Source of the DNA: Macrostomum hystrix | Taxonomy: Eukaryota; Animalia; Platyhelminthes | Assembly (NCBI GenBank): GCA_950097015.1 | Contig: CATNEN010000029.1 | Coordinates: forward strand, 4,526,001-4,590,000 | Length of the DNA stretch: 64,000 bases | Direction of reading: 5' to 3' | Shown: positions 39,456-50,546 of the stretch, piece after piece | How positions within the stretch are numbered: position 1 is the stretch's first letter | Layout of the letters: the number at the start of each line of letters is the position of its first letter | Program-made: the position numbers and the translations under genes | The notes under the pieces: generated by a model | What the model was told of the DNA's origin: nothing | Database searches by the model: none | Seen by the model: only the letters and a program-made list of their open reading frames with translations

Positions 39456-39616
39456 TTTGCAGTGAGCTTGGTGTCAGGCATAAAGTGTGTTTTAGTAGTG
39501 AGGCGCTTATCAGAAATCAGGTTATATTTCGTTAGCTGTCAGGAAGTGTGGAAGTGAGAGCAAATGCTTGATACGTATAAAGCCTAAATTTTCCGTCACA
39601 TCTTTAAAATTCACAG

Positions 39617-40167
39617 GTGAAAAAGTAGCCCTCGAAGGGGCCTTTGTAAAGACAGCCGGTTTCGTCAATCGCACTTTTGCACCCTGTCTGGCGGAGCGAG
39701 GCCTCCTTCTGCCGGAGCTCACGCAGCGGCTGATCTCAGCCCCGCAATTCGCCGAACGGCTGGCCTCCAGCATGCTCAGCATTCTCCTTGCCATCGGAGG
39801 TCGAAATGCCACCTCGGCAGCCTGCAACGCCAGCGTTGTTGGCGCGTCCGCCGCCGCCGCCGCGGCAACCACCTCCTCGCCGGCGCGTTCCTCCTCAGCT
39901 GGACGGCCCGCGTCGGCCGCGGCGGCATCGGCAACTCTCCGACTGAGACGGGCGGCAAGCAGCGGCAGCGTCGGCACCGCAGTCGGTGGCAGCGGTGGCG
40001 TCAGGTTTTTCAACTCCTATCAGCAGGATTATAGCCACGCGAAGCTGCTGCACGATGTGTCCTCCGTTCTGCACTACGTCAGCATCGGCATTCTCGGATT
40101 GTTTGTACTCGAAGTGGCGCTTAAAGTCGCATGTCTTGGGAGAAATTTTGTGCGCGAAAAGTTCGAG
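39617..40167 (+). CDS. HVCN1: Hv channel exon: long S1-S2 loop plus S2 (…VSSVLHYVSIGILGLFVLEVALKVACLGRNFVREKFE)
   Basis: S2 matches human FHYMSITILVFFMMEIIFK (H140, F150, E153 and K157 equivalents kept); CACAG acceptor phase 1, GTAAGC donor phase 0. Confidence 0.92.
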
Positions 40168-40261
40168 GTAAGCCGTTAGTGACTTAGTGACGCTAGCGGA
40201 CTACTGTTTAAAATACCGCCGCAATAAAGGATAGTAAACATCACAATGAACAGCGCAAAAG

Positions 40262-40780
40262 TGTGAGGTGAGTGTTACGGAGTGAGGTGGGTGTTACAGA
40301 TTCAGGTTGGTGTGACGGAGTGAGAAGCCTGTTTCGGTGTGAGGTGGGTGTGAGTGTAACGGAGTGAGCTAGGTGTTTCGGAGTGAGGTGGGTGTTACGG
40401 AGTGAGGTGGGTGTTACGGAGTGAGGTGGGTATTACAGATTCAGGTTGGTGTGACGGAGTGAGAAGCCTGTTTCGGTGTGAGGTGGGTGTGAGTGTAACG
40501 GAGTGAGCTAGGTGTTTCGGAGTGAGGTGGGTGTTACGGAGTGAGGTGGGTGTTACGGAGTGAGGTGGGTGTTACGGAGTGAGGTGGGTATTACGGAGTG
40601 AGGTGCGTGTTACGGAGTGAGGTGGGTTTTACAGATTCAGGTTGGTGTGACGGAGTGAGAAGCCTGCTTCCGTGTGAGGTGGGTGTGAGTGTAACGGAGT
40701 GAGGTGGGTGTTTCGGAGTGAGGTGGGTGTTACTGAGTGAGGTGGGTATTACGGAGTGAGGTGGGTGTTTCGGAGTGAGT
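40262..40780. repeat. 19-bp array (GGAGTGAGGTGGGTGTTAC) with a thrice-repeated longer insert
   Basis: Direct. Confidence 0.88.
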
Positions 40781-41299
40781 GTGAACTGAGATAAAATCAG
40801 AGTACATTTGATTAGGGAATTAGCTGTATGAACTAAAACCTAACCACCTTGCTTAACTAGTTAGCTTTCAAAGTTAAAAATGCGTGCATGAATTTTTTCA
40901 ATTCCTATGGCGAACAGCTCCGAACAAGTTTTTTCTTGCTCTGACCTACTTTCGCATTTTATTTGTTCACTTTGGAGATTCTTGTCGGCTAGGAAAGGTA
41001 TGTGCCAGCTTGCGCGGAGCAGAAATAAATGGATATAAAAAATAGCAAATTATGCGCCCTAGAAAAAAAACAGATCTAAAATATTGTTGCCGAATCCGCA
41101 GGAGAGGCTGGTGGGAAATTCCTTTCGGACAGTGGGGAAGAATTCGCTAAGTAAAAGTAGTAATAACAGCTTGCGTGGGGCACTAAAATATGGGACACAA
41201 CTGTGTGGCAATGGGAGAGAGGATCTGGGATTCCTTAACCAGTGAAACTGGATATAGGTGTAAAGGCTGCAAATCAAATGTTGGTAGGGTCTTCTGCTT

Positions 41300-41470
41300 G
41301 TACAAACTTTTTCGCCTTGAAGGTACTAATTACTCGACCTCTGCCAAGAATTCCTGGGCTACCTGGTGCCGGGGTGGGTCTGACATTGTTATCAGATGAG
41401 AAAAGTGCAAACTGGGACTTTGTGAACGGAACAGTAGTGGGTCCGGTTTTCAGTTTAGTTTGTAACTCAC
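41300..41470 (+). pseudogene. Possible degenerate PIF1/Helitron helicase fragment
   Basis: PGLP...LTLL...NWDFVNGTVV loosely resembles the PIF1 LLRNL...GLxNGTR motif; weak. Confidence 0.25.
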
Positions 41471-41769
41471 AGCGCAGATTTGATGTGATAATTGAAAAAA
41501 AATGCAATCAGCATACTTTCTACGTTCTTGTGAATTTTTTCTGTCTGCTGTCAACTGTCTTTTCAAAGTGTACTGACTTGTACTTTCAACTATTCAACAA
41601 CCCGTTCACACTTTCATTGTCTATTCACCAATAAACTTTCCATTCACCAACTCACTGTCTATTCACTCTTTCATTGTCTATTCATCAATTAACTGTTCAT
41701 TCACTAACTCACTGTCTATTCACCAATTCACTTTTTATTCACCAATTAATTTTTTATTCACCAATTCAC

Positions 41770-42795
41770 TGTCCATTCATACATACACTGTCTATTCATA
41801 CATACTTGTACACTGTCTATTCATACATACACTGTCTATTCATACATACACTGTCTATTCATACATACACTGTCTATTCATACATACACTGTCTATTCAT
41901 ACATACACTGTCTATTCATACATACACTGTCTATTCATACATACACTGTCTATTCATACATACACTGTCTATTCATACATACACTGTCTATTCATACATA
42001 CACTGTCTATTCATACATACACTGTCTATTCATACATACACTGTCTATTCATACATACACTGTCTATTCATACATACTTGTACACTGTCTATTCATACAT
42101 ACTTGTACACTGTCTATTCATACATACACTGTCTATTCATACATACACTGTCTATTCATACATACACTGTCTATTCATACATACACTGTCTATTCATACA
42201 TACACTGTCTATTCATACATACTTGTACACTGTCTATTCATACATACACTGTCTATTCATACATACACTGTCTATTCATACATACACTGTCTATTCATAC
42301 ATACACTGTCCATTCATACATACACTGTCTATTCATACATACACTGTCTATTCATACATACACTGTCCATTCATACATACACTGTCTATTCATACATACA
42401 CTGTCTATTCATACATACACTGTCCATTCATACATACACTGTCTATTCATACATACACTGTCTATTCATACATACACTGTCTATTCATACATACTTGTAC
42501 ACTGTCTATTCATACATACACTGTCTATTCATACATACAGTCTATTCATACATACACTGTCTATTCATACATACACTGTCTATTCATACATACACTGTCT
42601 ATTCATACATACACTGTCTATTCATACATACACTGTCCATTCATACATACACTGTCTATTCATACATACACTGTCCATTCATACATACACTGTCTATTCA
42701 TACATACACTGTCTATTCATACATACACTGTCCATTTATACATACACTGTCTATTCATACATACACTGTCTATTCATACATACACTGTCTATTCA
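41770..42795. repeat. 19-bp tandem array (ACTGTCTATTCATACATAC)
   Basis: Direct; degenerate flanks extend to about 41620 and 42860. Confidence 0.95.
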
Positions 42796-42873
42796 CCAAT
42801 TCAGTGCATGTTCATAAACTCATTGACCATTCAAAAATTCACAGTATGTTCACCAATTAACTAATTCGATCAG

Positions 42874-42997
42874 ATCGTGGACGCGGCGGTCATAATGATC
42901 TCCTTCGTGGCAGACATTGTGTTTGTCAAGCTGGAATCCACCGAAGTGTCGGTCATGGTTCTATTCCTACTGTGGCGCATTGTGCGTGTCATCAACG
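42874..42997 (+). CDS. HVCN1: Hv channel S3-S4 exon (IVDAAVIMISFVADIVFVKLESTEVSVMVLFLLWRIVRVING)
   Basis: Missed by the ORF track; aligns with human ILDAVVVVVSFILDIV...LLILLRLWRVARIING; CAG acceptor phase 0, GTGAGT donor phase 1. Confidence 0.93.
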
Positions 42998-43021
42998 GTG
43001 AGTGCGCTGCACGCTCATATT

Positions 43022-43280
43022 TGGAGGTGGGTGCAGTGGAGTGAGGTGGGTGCAGTGAAGTGAGGTGGGTGCAGTGGAGTGAGGTGGGTGTAGTGAAGTG
43101 TTAGTGGGTGCAGTGAAGTGAGGTGGGTGCAGTGCAGTGAGGTGGGTGCAGTGGAGTGAGGTGGGTGCACTAGAGAGGGTGGGTGCGATTGAGAGAGAGG
43201 AGTGAGGTGGTGTAGTGGAGTGAGGTGGGTGCAGTGGAGTGAGGTGGGTGCAGTGGAGTGAGATGGGTGCAGTGGAGTGA
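43022..43280. repeat. 19-bp array (GGAGTGAGGTGGGTGCAGT)
   Basis: Direct. Confidence 0.9.
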
Positions 43281-43356
43281 GGCTCACTCCACGCGCATTA
43301 CATGCAGCAAGGGTACGCGCATTGTCACACTCTCCAACGCGAACATCCCATTGCAG

Positions 43357-43472
43357 GCCTGATGATGCACGAGAAGCAGCGTGACGAATTCCGCATTCAG
43401 CTGCAGAAGCGGGCCAGGCGCATGTCCGAGATGAAGTGCGACACCCTGGAGACTGAGCGCGACTTGCAAGAG
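43357..43472 (+). CDS. HVCN1: Hv channel C-terminal coiled-coil exon (LMMHEKQRDEFRIQLQKRARRMSEMKCDTLETERDLQE)
   Basis: TTGCAG acceptor phase 1, donor at 43473 phase 0; charged helical composition. Confidence 0.85.
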
Positions 43473-43654
43473 GTTTGCAGCTTGAGCTTGTGCTCATATG
43501 CGGCAGCAAATCTATTGCAGCCACAATCAATTTTTAGCAAGAATAATATTTTCCTGAATTGTTCCCTACGCGTGGCTCTGATCTTGTCGAATATTTGAAT
43601 AGCTCCGTTTAAACCGCACATTTAGTTCTTACTAATGCTTTAACGGCTACAAAG

Positions 43655-43820
43655 GAGGTTGTAGCCTTGTGGTTAGAGCTTCGGACTCACGACTTGAAGG
43701 TCGGAGGTTCGATTCTCGGCTCCACTGGAACAATTTGAGTCCTTTAGCAAGACACGTAACTTTGAATTGCTTCCGTTCACCAAGCTGTTAAATGGGTACC
43801 AGCATTAGCTGGGGTAATTG
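43655..43820 (+). mobile_element. tRNA-derived SINE family B with a CORE-like central domain
   Basis: A/B boxes, then GTCCTTTAGCAAGACACGTAAC...GCTGTTAAATGGG, resembling the CORE consensus GTGACCTTGGGCAAGTTACTTAAC...CTGTAAAATGGG. Confidence 0.7.
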
Positions 43821-44179
43821 AAGGTGAGTGTGGCGTTCCCCCTGTCCATGGACTGAACTGTTGTACGCAGCCGATCAGATGCGCCGCGCAATAGCTGCGG
43901 CATTTGCTATCTGGCATAAAATAGGGTCTAGTGTAATCAGTTATTAATTACTACTTATTCAGTTATTCAGTTATTCAGTTATTAAATCAGTTATTATTAT
44001 TTAACGGCAATAATGCCGAATGCATGTCGGCAACCCCCTATTCCATTATGGCAACCATCGAATCCATTGTGGCGTGCTGGCAACCCATATTTCATGGTGG
44101 CAACCCCGATTTAATGGTGGCAACCTCAAATACAATTTAATCGCCCAACGTCTCAATCATACCCTCTCAATTGCTACAG

Positions 44180-44258
44180 AAGCAAATCATGTTTCTGGAG
44201 GAGCTGTGCCGTGAGCTTGGTGCCAGCGACGAACAAATCGGCAACTGCAAGCCTCGCT
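44180..44258 (+). CDS. HVCN1: Hv channel coiled-coil exon (KQIMFLEELCRELGASDEQIGNCKPR)
   Basis: CTACAG acceptor phase 0, GTGAGT donor phase 1. Confidence 0.85.
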
Positions 44259-44394
44259 GTGAGTTTGCCTAATATTCAAATCCTCATTTTATCAGCTGCT
44301 TTGGCTTGTGTTTTGGTGTGGCAGCATCCATAGTCCATGGACTAAAATGGTCTACACAGCCTTTAGATTTGAATTAAATCTTCTCTACTTGATA

Positions 44395-44970
44395 GGTGGG
44401 GTGGGTGCAGTGGAGTGAGGCGGGTGCAGTAGGGTGAGGTGGGTGCAGTGAAGTTAGGTGGGTGCCGTGGAGTGAGGTGGGTGCAGTGTAGTGAGGTGGG
44501 TGCAGTGTAGTGAGGTGGGTGCAGTGTAGTGAGGTGGGTGCAGTGTAGTGAGGTGGGTGCAGTGTAGTGAGGTGGGTGCAGTGTAGTGAGGTGGGTGCCG
44601 TGAAGTGAGGTGGGTGCAGTGTAGTTAGGTGGGCGCAGTGGAGTGAGGTGGGTGCAGTGTAGTGAGGTGGGTGCAGTGTAGTGAGGTGGGTGCAGTGTAG
44701 TGAGGTGGGTGCCGTGAAGTGAGGTGGGTGCAGTGTAGTTAGGTGGGCGCAGTGGAGTGAGGTGGGCGCAGTGGAGTGAGGTGGGTGCAGTGGAGTGAGG
44801 TAGGTGCAGTGGAGTGAGGTGGGTGCAGTGAAGTTAAGTGGGCGCAGTGGAGTGAGGTAGGTGCAGTGGAGTGAGGTGGGTGCAGTGGAGTGAGGTGGGT
44901 GCAGTGGAGCGCGGTAGGTGCCGTGGAGTGAGGTGGGCGCAGTGGAGTGAGGTGGATGCAGTGCAGTGAG
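44395..44970. repeat. 19-bp array (GGAGTGAGGTGGGTGCAGT family)
   Basis: Direct. Confidence 0.92.
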
Positions 44971-45448
44971 GTAGGTCCAGAGAAGTGATTTGGTAAACTT
45001 GATCATCATTTAGTCAAGTAAAAATAATACAAAATCTACGAGTATGTAATTGTCAATTACCCCCTAAAATAATAGTTATTACATATAGTTCCATGCAATA
45101 TGAAGGAGATAACAGAGCTTACGGGTTCTATTTTTAATTCAGCACAGTCAGCACAACTGAGCGAAGCGTCAAGTAAACGAAAAAAGTGTCTAAGGTAAAA
45201 GGGCTCTGAATAGGATATTTTTGTTCATTTATACGAAGTACTATACTAAAAAGGTAATGTTTCTTTCGCTTGAAAATTAGAAAAAGTGGCTCAACCAGAT
45301 TTTCACTAAACTTGCACCATTCGATCAGAAATTTTCCAAAGACGGTGCAAATCTTATGTACGACTAAGAAATTTCTCAATGCTAAAGGAATTAAAAATAT
45401 TCGAAAAGCATGCAGGGGGCCTATAAATCGCTTTAATTTCACCTGCAG

Positions 45449-46007
45449 TCGTCAACATCAGCAAGCGCCAGTCCAATAATGCCCTGAAGTCGATGGCGGC
45501 CATGTCGGCGGGCATTTTCGGTGGCATTGCCGGGGCCCAGCACCGTCGCTCTCTGAGCGTCTTGGCCAGCAATCTGGGCGGAACGCCGCCGAAACACCTC
45601 ACGCCAGTCATCCGGGCTGGACACCATCGCAGAGGATGCCGACTCATCGCGACCGTCTGGCAACGCTGACGGCATCGTTTTAGTTGACGAAGATGACAGA
45701 GAAAGTGACGAAGATTGCGCAAGCGTTGCGGCAACTCCGGCTACAACGGCAATTGAGGAATTGGAAGCGCCGACTGTGATGCTTAACGGGCAGACTAGTC
45801 AAGTCAGGTGCCAGCAGCAGCAGCAGCAGCAGCAGCGATCGTCATCCTCATCTGAATCGCCGGCCTCGGCATCAGGAGCAGTCGCAGGTTGAGCGGCGAC
45901 CTCCCATGCAGCGACCGCGCCGCTTGCTGCCGATTCCAAAGCCGGAAACTGCTTCAACACCGCGCAACGACGACAGTCCATGCGATGAGAATCCTTGGGA
46001 GCTCAGG
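45449..46007 (+). CDS. HVCN1: Hv channel distal C-tail exon, with two apparent +1 frameshifts
   Basis: CTGCAG acceptor phase 1 (FVNISKRQSNNALKSM...); coding-like frame moves +1 near 45577 and again between about 45785 and 45890; donor GTACGC at 46008. Confidence 0.65.
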
Positions 46008-46217
46008 GTACGCAAGCATGGCCTGTTTGATTCGAACAGTCAAGCAAATCGAGTTGAAATTTATATTAATTGAATTATTCTAGTCATATTTTATACCTAC
46101 GCGGCATGGTTCAACTCACGCTTTGAAATTTATCTACACTTTAAGCTCAACGTCGTGTCATTTACCTATCTTATGCGATTATCATCCTCTCTTTTCCTAC
46201 TTTCATCCCAACTATAG

Positions 46218-46259
46218 GTGCAGCTTGTTACCCTCGTCGAGGAAGAATGCTTCGACTGA
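46218..46259 (+). CDS. HVCN1: Probable Hv terminal exon (VQLVTLVEEECFD*)
   Basis: Pyrimidine tract plus TAG acceptor, phase 0, matching the donor at 46008. Confidence 0.5.
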   Translation: MQLVTLVEEECFD

Positions 46260-46304
46260 GTGAGTCGGAAGAAAACAAAAAGGTGTCAGATGGACTGATG
46301 AACT

Positions 46305-46712
46305 GTGACGAGTGCGAGTGACTGGCAGTGTGACTGTGCGAGTGACTGGCAGTGTGACTGTGCGAGTGACTGGCAGTGTGACTGTGCGAGTGACTGGCTG
46401 TGTGACTGTGCGAGTGACTGGCTGTGTGACTGTGCGAGTGACTGACTGTGTGACTATGCGATTGACTGACTGCTGTGTGACTGTGCGAGTGACTGGCTGT
46501 GACTGTGCGAGTGACTGACTGTGTGACTGTGCGAGTGACTGGCTGTGACTGTGCGAGTGACTGGCAGTGTGACTGTGCGAGTGACTGGCAGTGTGACTGT
46601 GCCAGTGACTGGCAGTGTGACTGTGCGAGTGACTGGCTGTGTGACTGTTCGAGTGACTGGCAGTGTGACTGTGCGAGTGACTGGCTGTGTGACTGTTCGA
46701 GTGACTGGCTGT
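46305..46712. repeat. 24-bp tandem array (GTGACTGTGCGAGTGACTGGCAGT)
   Basis: Direct. Confidence 0.92.
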
Positions 46713-47624
46713 GCCATGCTTGTGTTGGCGAGATAATAGGTTAATCAGAAGTGCTCATTCCCGACTGCTTAACTTAATCAAACTGGTAAGACGATTTCTA
46801 AATTTAAAAAATCAGCAGTGAAAATGTGAAAGATTTAAGTCAAAAAGTTTATTAAAAAGTGTAAATTTTTCAGTTTAAGTTCTGTGAGCAAAGGTCAAAG
46901 GTCAAAGCATGTGGTCAATTATGAGATGATTGTACAAAGTCAAGCACTGACACTAAACACAAGAAATCCGGACAGAATTAACCTGTCCGGGTCTTTGTTG
47001 TTTTATCAGAAACTTGCTTGTTGCTTGAAATTTTACTACATTTCATCACATTCCTCGTTTATATGTGAACTGGTTGGCTTGCCACTACTGGCTGCTGATC
47101 CTGTTATCTCCAATAAGTGTAGTTATTTCTTTCAGTCTGTGTGCTTGAGTCACTATGCTGTTTTCGCAAATTAGAAGCAGTTAATTAATGAAAGTTATAC
47201 GTATATACTTGCGCAGCGATAGATAAATTTTTGATTAAAAATTTGTTAATTGAATTGAATAGTACTTTGATCTCGTAAAACTGAAAGACCTAATTAAACG
47301 AGTGTTCCGTGCACTTTTAAACATAACAGATCGCGTGCAACACATTGAATCCTAATCTAAAATGTTAATACAGGAAGATGTCATTGCAACCGGCCCTGGC
47401 AGACGGGACCAAGTTCCTGAGGTGGGCTGTGTTACCGAATACCTGGCCGCAACCTAAGGAGAACTTAACTTTTTTGTTGGTGTGTTGTATGATTATTTTA
47501 ACTGTAACAATTCTTTTGTACTAAATTACTTTTATTCATTGTCATTTGAGAAACAGATAAATGGTAATTCATTAGGGGCTTGAAGGTAACTATAATCAAT
47601 TTAATACAACAAGGGATCACCGAT

Positions 47625-47818
47625 TAGCTGTTGGTCATTGCTGGCCCCTTCCCAAATCCTTCAGTTGGTCGGCCCCTTCCCAAATCCTTCAGTTGGTCGG
47701 TCCCTTCCCAAATCCTTCAGTTGGTCGGCCCCTTCCCAAATCCTTCAGTTGGTCGGCCCCTTCCCAAATCCTTCAGTTGGTCATTGCTGGCCCCTTCCCA
47801 AATCCTTCAGTTGGTCAC
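47625..47818. repeat. 28/34-bp tandem repeat (GGCCCCTTCCCAAATCCTTCAGTTGGTC)
   Basis: Direct. Confidence 0.9.
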
Positions 47819-48339
47819 CGCAAGCCGCCAATAATACCTTTGAACGGATCATTGAATTACAAGCCCCACATACTCAATTAAGGTCATGCAATATTGTTAG
47901 TTTTTGTAAAGCATTGTTTAAAGTAATCTATGAGCTAAATGGCTCACCAAAGAGCTGACAGTAGCACATAACGCATATATACACTCGTAATTCATGCGCC
48001 AATTAAACTAATATAAACCAAGATTTGTATTTGTGTTAGTCGAATTCGAAGACACCCATTGTGTTCCTTTGATGATGAATGAATATCCCTACCTCATTGT
48101 GAGGCAACCGAAAAGTTGACTGATTATAAACAGTGCTGATAATTCAAGATGCTGATCGCACTCTCTAATAGTTTTCCCGATGCCGTTCACTTTAACAATT
48201 CTCTTGTACATATGCTTATATATTAAGTTCATGCTTTTTTACTCTATGCGAAAATAAAAAGAGCAAGATCTGTGCAAAATATTTTTTTCGACTAATCAGA
48301 TAATAGCATATTTAGGATTATATTGACAGTGGGACTACC

Positions 48340-49717
48340 AAGGGCCATTTTGCCGCCCGTTTTTATACCAAGATTGCGACAGTTGTTGAAATGGAAGGCT
48401 TTATTGGAGCACTGCTTTATTTAGGAGCTCACAACATCGATAATGAAAGTTTTCAGCAGCTTTGTTCTGTCGATCTCTGTCATCCAATTCACACCTTATT
48501 GGTGACAAGTTTCTCAAGACATCGATTTGTGCAAATTTGGAGCTGCTTAGGACTGCCAGAGATCCGATTTATGGCATTCGAGCTCTGTACAGCCAATTTC
48601 AAGATCGCCTCACAATGCCTGTCCTGCCTGGAGCCTACATCTGTATAGATGAACAGCTCATTAGATAATTATGGCAGCGACTGCAACTTCGACTGTCTTC
48701 ATGAAGGACAAGCCGGCCAGAAATGGTCTAAAGTTTTTCATGGCAACGACTGCTCGAAATCCGACCGACGAATGCAGTGACACATTTCATTATGCGTTCA
48801 AATCAGAAGTGTACACCGCTGACAACAATCTGCTGATGAAAGCGGAGAGCGGTGGTATCGGCAAATACTGGAATGCATGGCGAGCAAGTTTTACTTCGGC
48901 TATCTGAACTTTTCGAAGGATTCTGGGTAAATATTACCACTGATCGCTTTTTTTACCAGCCCAAGGGTGGCAGCCGCGATTTACGATAAGAAGATTACCC
49001 TTCTGGGAACCGTGAAGCGCGATCGCAAAGGCTTGCCCCCTCAGTTCAAGGACAATAAGAGACCAAGTGAGCCGGAGTTCCTGTATGATGGGCCTCTTAC
49101 AGTCGTGCGGGCTTCAAGCAAACGAAGAACTATAATTCTGTTGTCGACTAGTCACCATGACAGCCGTCGTGTGCCCCCAAAGAACAAGCCAGAGCTGATA
49201 CAGCACTATAATCTAACCAAGGCCGGCACTGACACCATCAACAGAATGGCTTCGACAATGAACTGCATGCCATCGAATGTCCCGCTGTCTCGAAAGGACT
49301 ATTTTCACCGGTCATATGCTCAATGTAGCATGGATCAACGGGCACACAGTGTACCGTCTTTCCGGTCATACTGGTCTTACGCACAAAGAATTTCTCCTTC
49401 AAGCTGCTTCCGGGTTGCTGCAACCACAGATCGAACGTCGTGCACGTGACCAAACCGGAATGTCAAGTCATCTAAGATCACTTTTCAACACAGTGTTGAA
49501 CATCCAATCTGGAAGTCTGCGCCCTGTTCGTACTTCTGCGGAACAACCAGCTGGACAGCGAGGGCGGTGTCGACTATGCATGGCTGAAAGAAGCACAAGC
49601 GCGGAAAAGTACTCGCTGAACACGCGCAACAAAAACTGTGCCTCCTGCGCTAGCTTCGTATGCAAGAGGCATCGAAACGATGTTTACCTGTGTGATACCT
49701 GCCTCAATCAAAAGTAA
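48340..49717 (+). mobile_element. Degenerate piggyBac transposase (frameshifted, 5'-truncated)
   Basis: EMEGFIGALLYLG, SRHRFVQI, CIDEQL (D1), KPARNGLKFF, NITTDRFFTS (D2), YNLTKAGTD (D3) and C-terminal RCRLC...CASC...C..H...CDTC, spread over several frames. Confidence 0.9.
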
Positions 49718-49741
49718 CGGTTTGTCTGCACAAAATGTGCA

Positions 49742-50313
49742 GAATAATAACCGATAAAACCAATGATAATCTAATAATAACCGATAAAACCAATGATAGT
49801 CTAATAATAACCGATAAAACCAATGATAATCTAATAATAACCGATAAAACCAATAATAATCTAATAATAACCGATAAAACCAATAATAATCTAATAATAA
49901 CCGATAAAACCAATAATAATCTAATAATAACCGATAAAACCAATGATAATCTAATAATAACCGATAAAACCAATGATAGTCTAATAATAACCGATAAAAC
50001 CAATGATAATCTAATAATAACCGATAAAACCAATGATAGTCTAATAATAACCGATAAAACCAATGATAGTCTAATAATAACCGATAAAACCAATGATAGT
50101 CTAATAATAACCGATAAAACCAATGATAGTCTAATAATAACCGATAAAACCAATGATAGTCTAATAATAACCGATAAAACCAATAATAATCTAATAATAA
50201 CCGATAAAACCAATGATAATCTAATAATAACCGATAAAACCAATGATAGTCTAATAATAACCGATAAAACCAATGATAATCTAATAATAACCGATAAAAC
50301 CAATGATAATCTA
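49742..50313. repeat. 30-bp tandem array (CTAATAATAACCGATAAAACCAATGATAGT)
   Basis: Direct. Confidence 0.96.
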
Positions 50314-50546
50314 ATGTAGCACAAAATTCACGGGAAATAGAGACTATGTGCTGTCTTAAGGCGTACATTCACTTTAACAGAGAAACCTGTTGACCCTGCT
50401 GAAGGTGCTGACGGCGTCGGGGTGGTGACTGATTGGTTGACGGACTAGAGGAGCATGTAAAGTAGTTGAGTGTTGCCTAATGTCGAGGCTTGAATCAGCG
50501 AAAGTAGAGAAATTCGCCTTAAGGACTTCATAGTCGGCTGGTGCCA

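Noticed and set aside
36207-42997. TMEM266/HVRP1 or voltage-sensing phosphatase instead of Hv
   Set aside because: The S1 Asp and S4 Trp/Asn are Hv-specific; a coiled coil, not a phosphatase domain, follows S4
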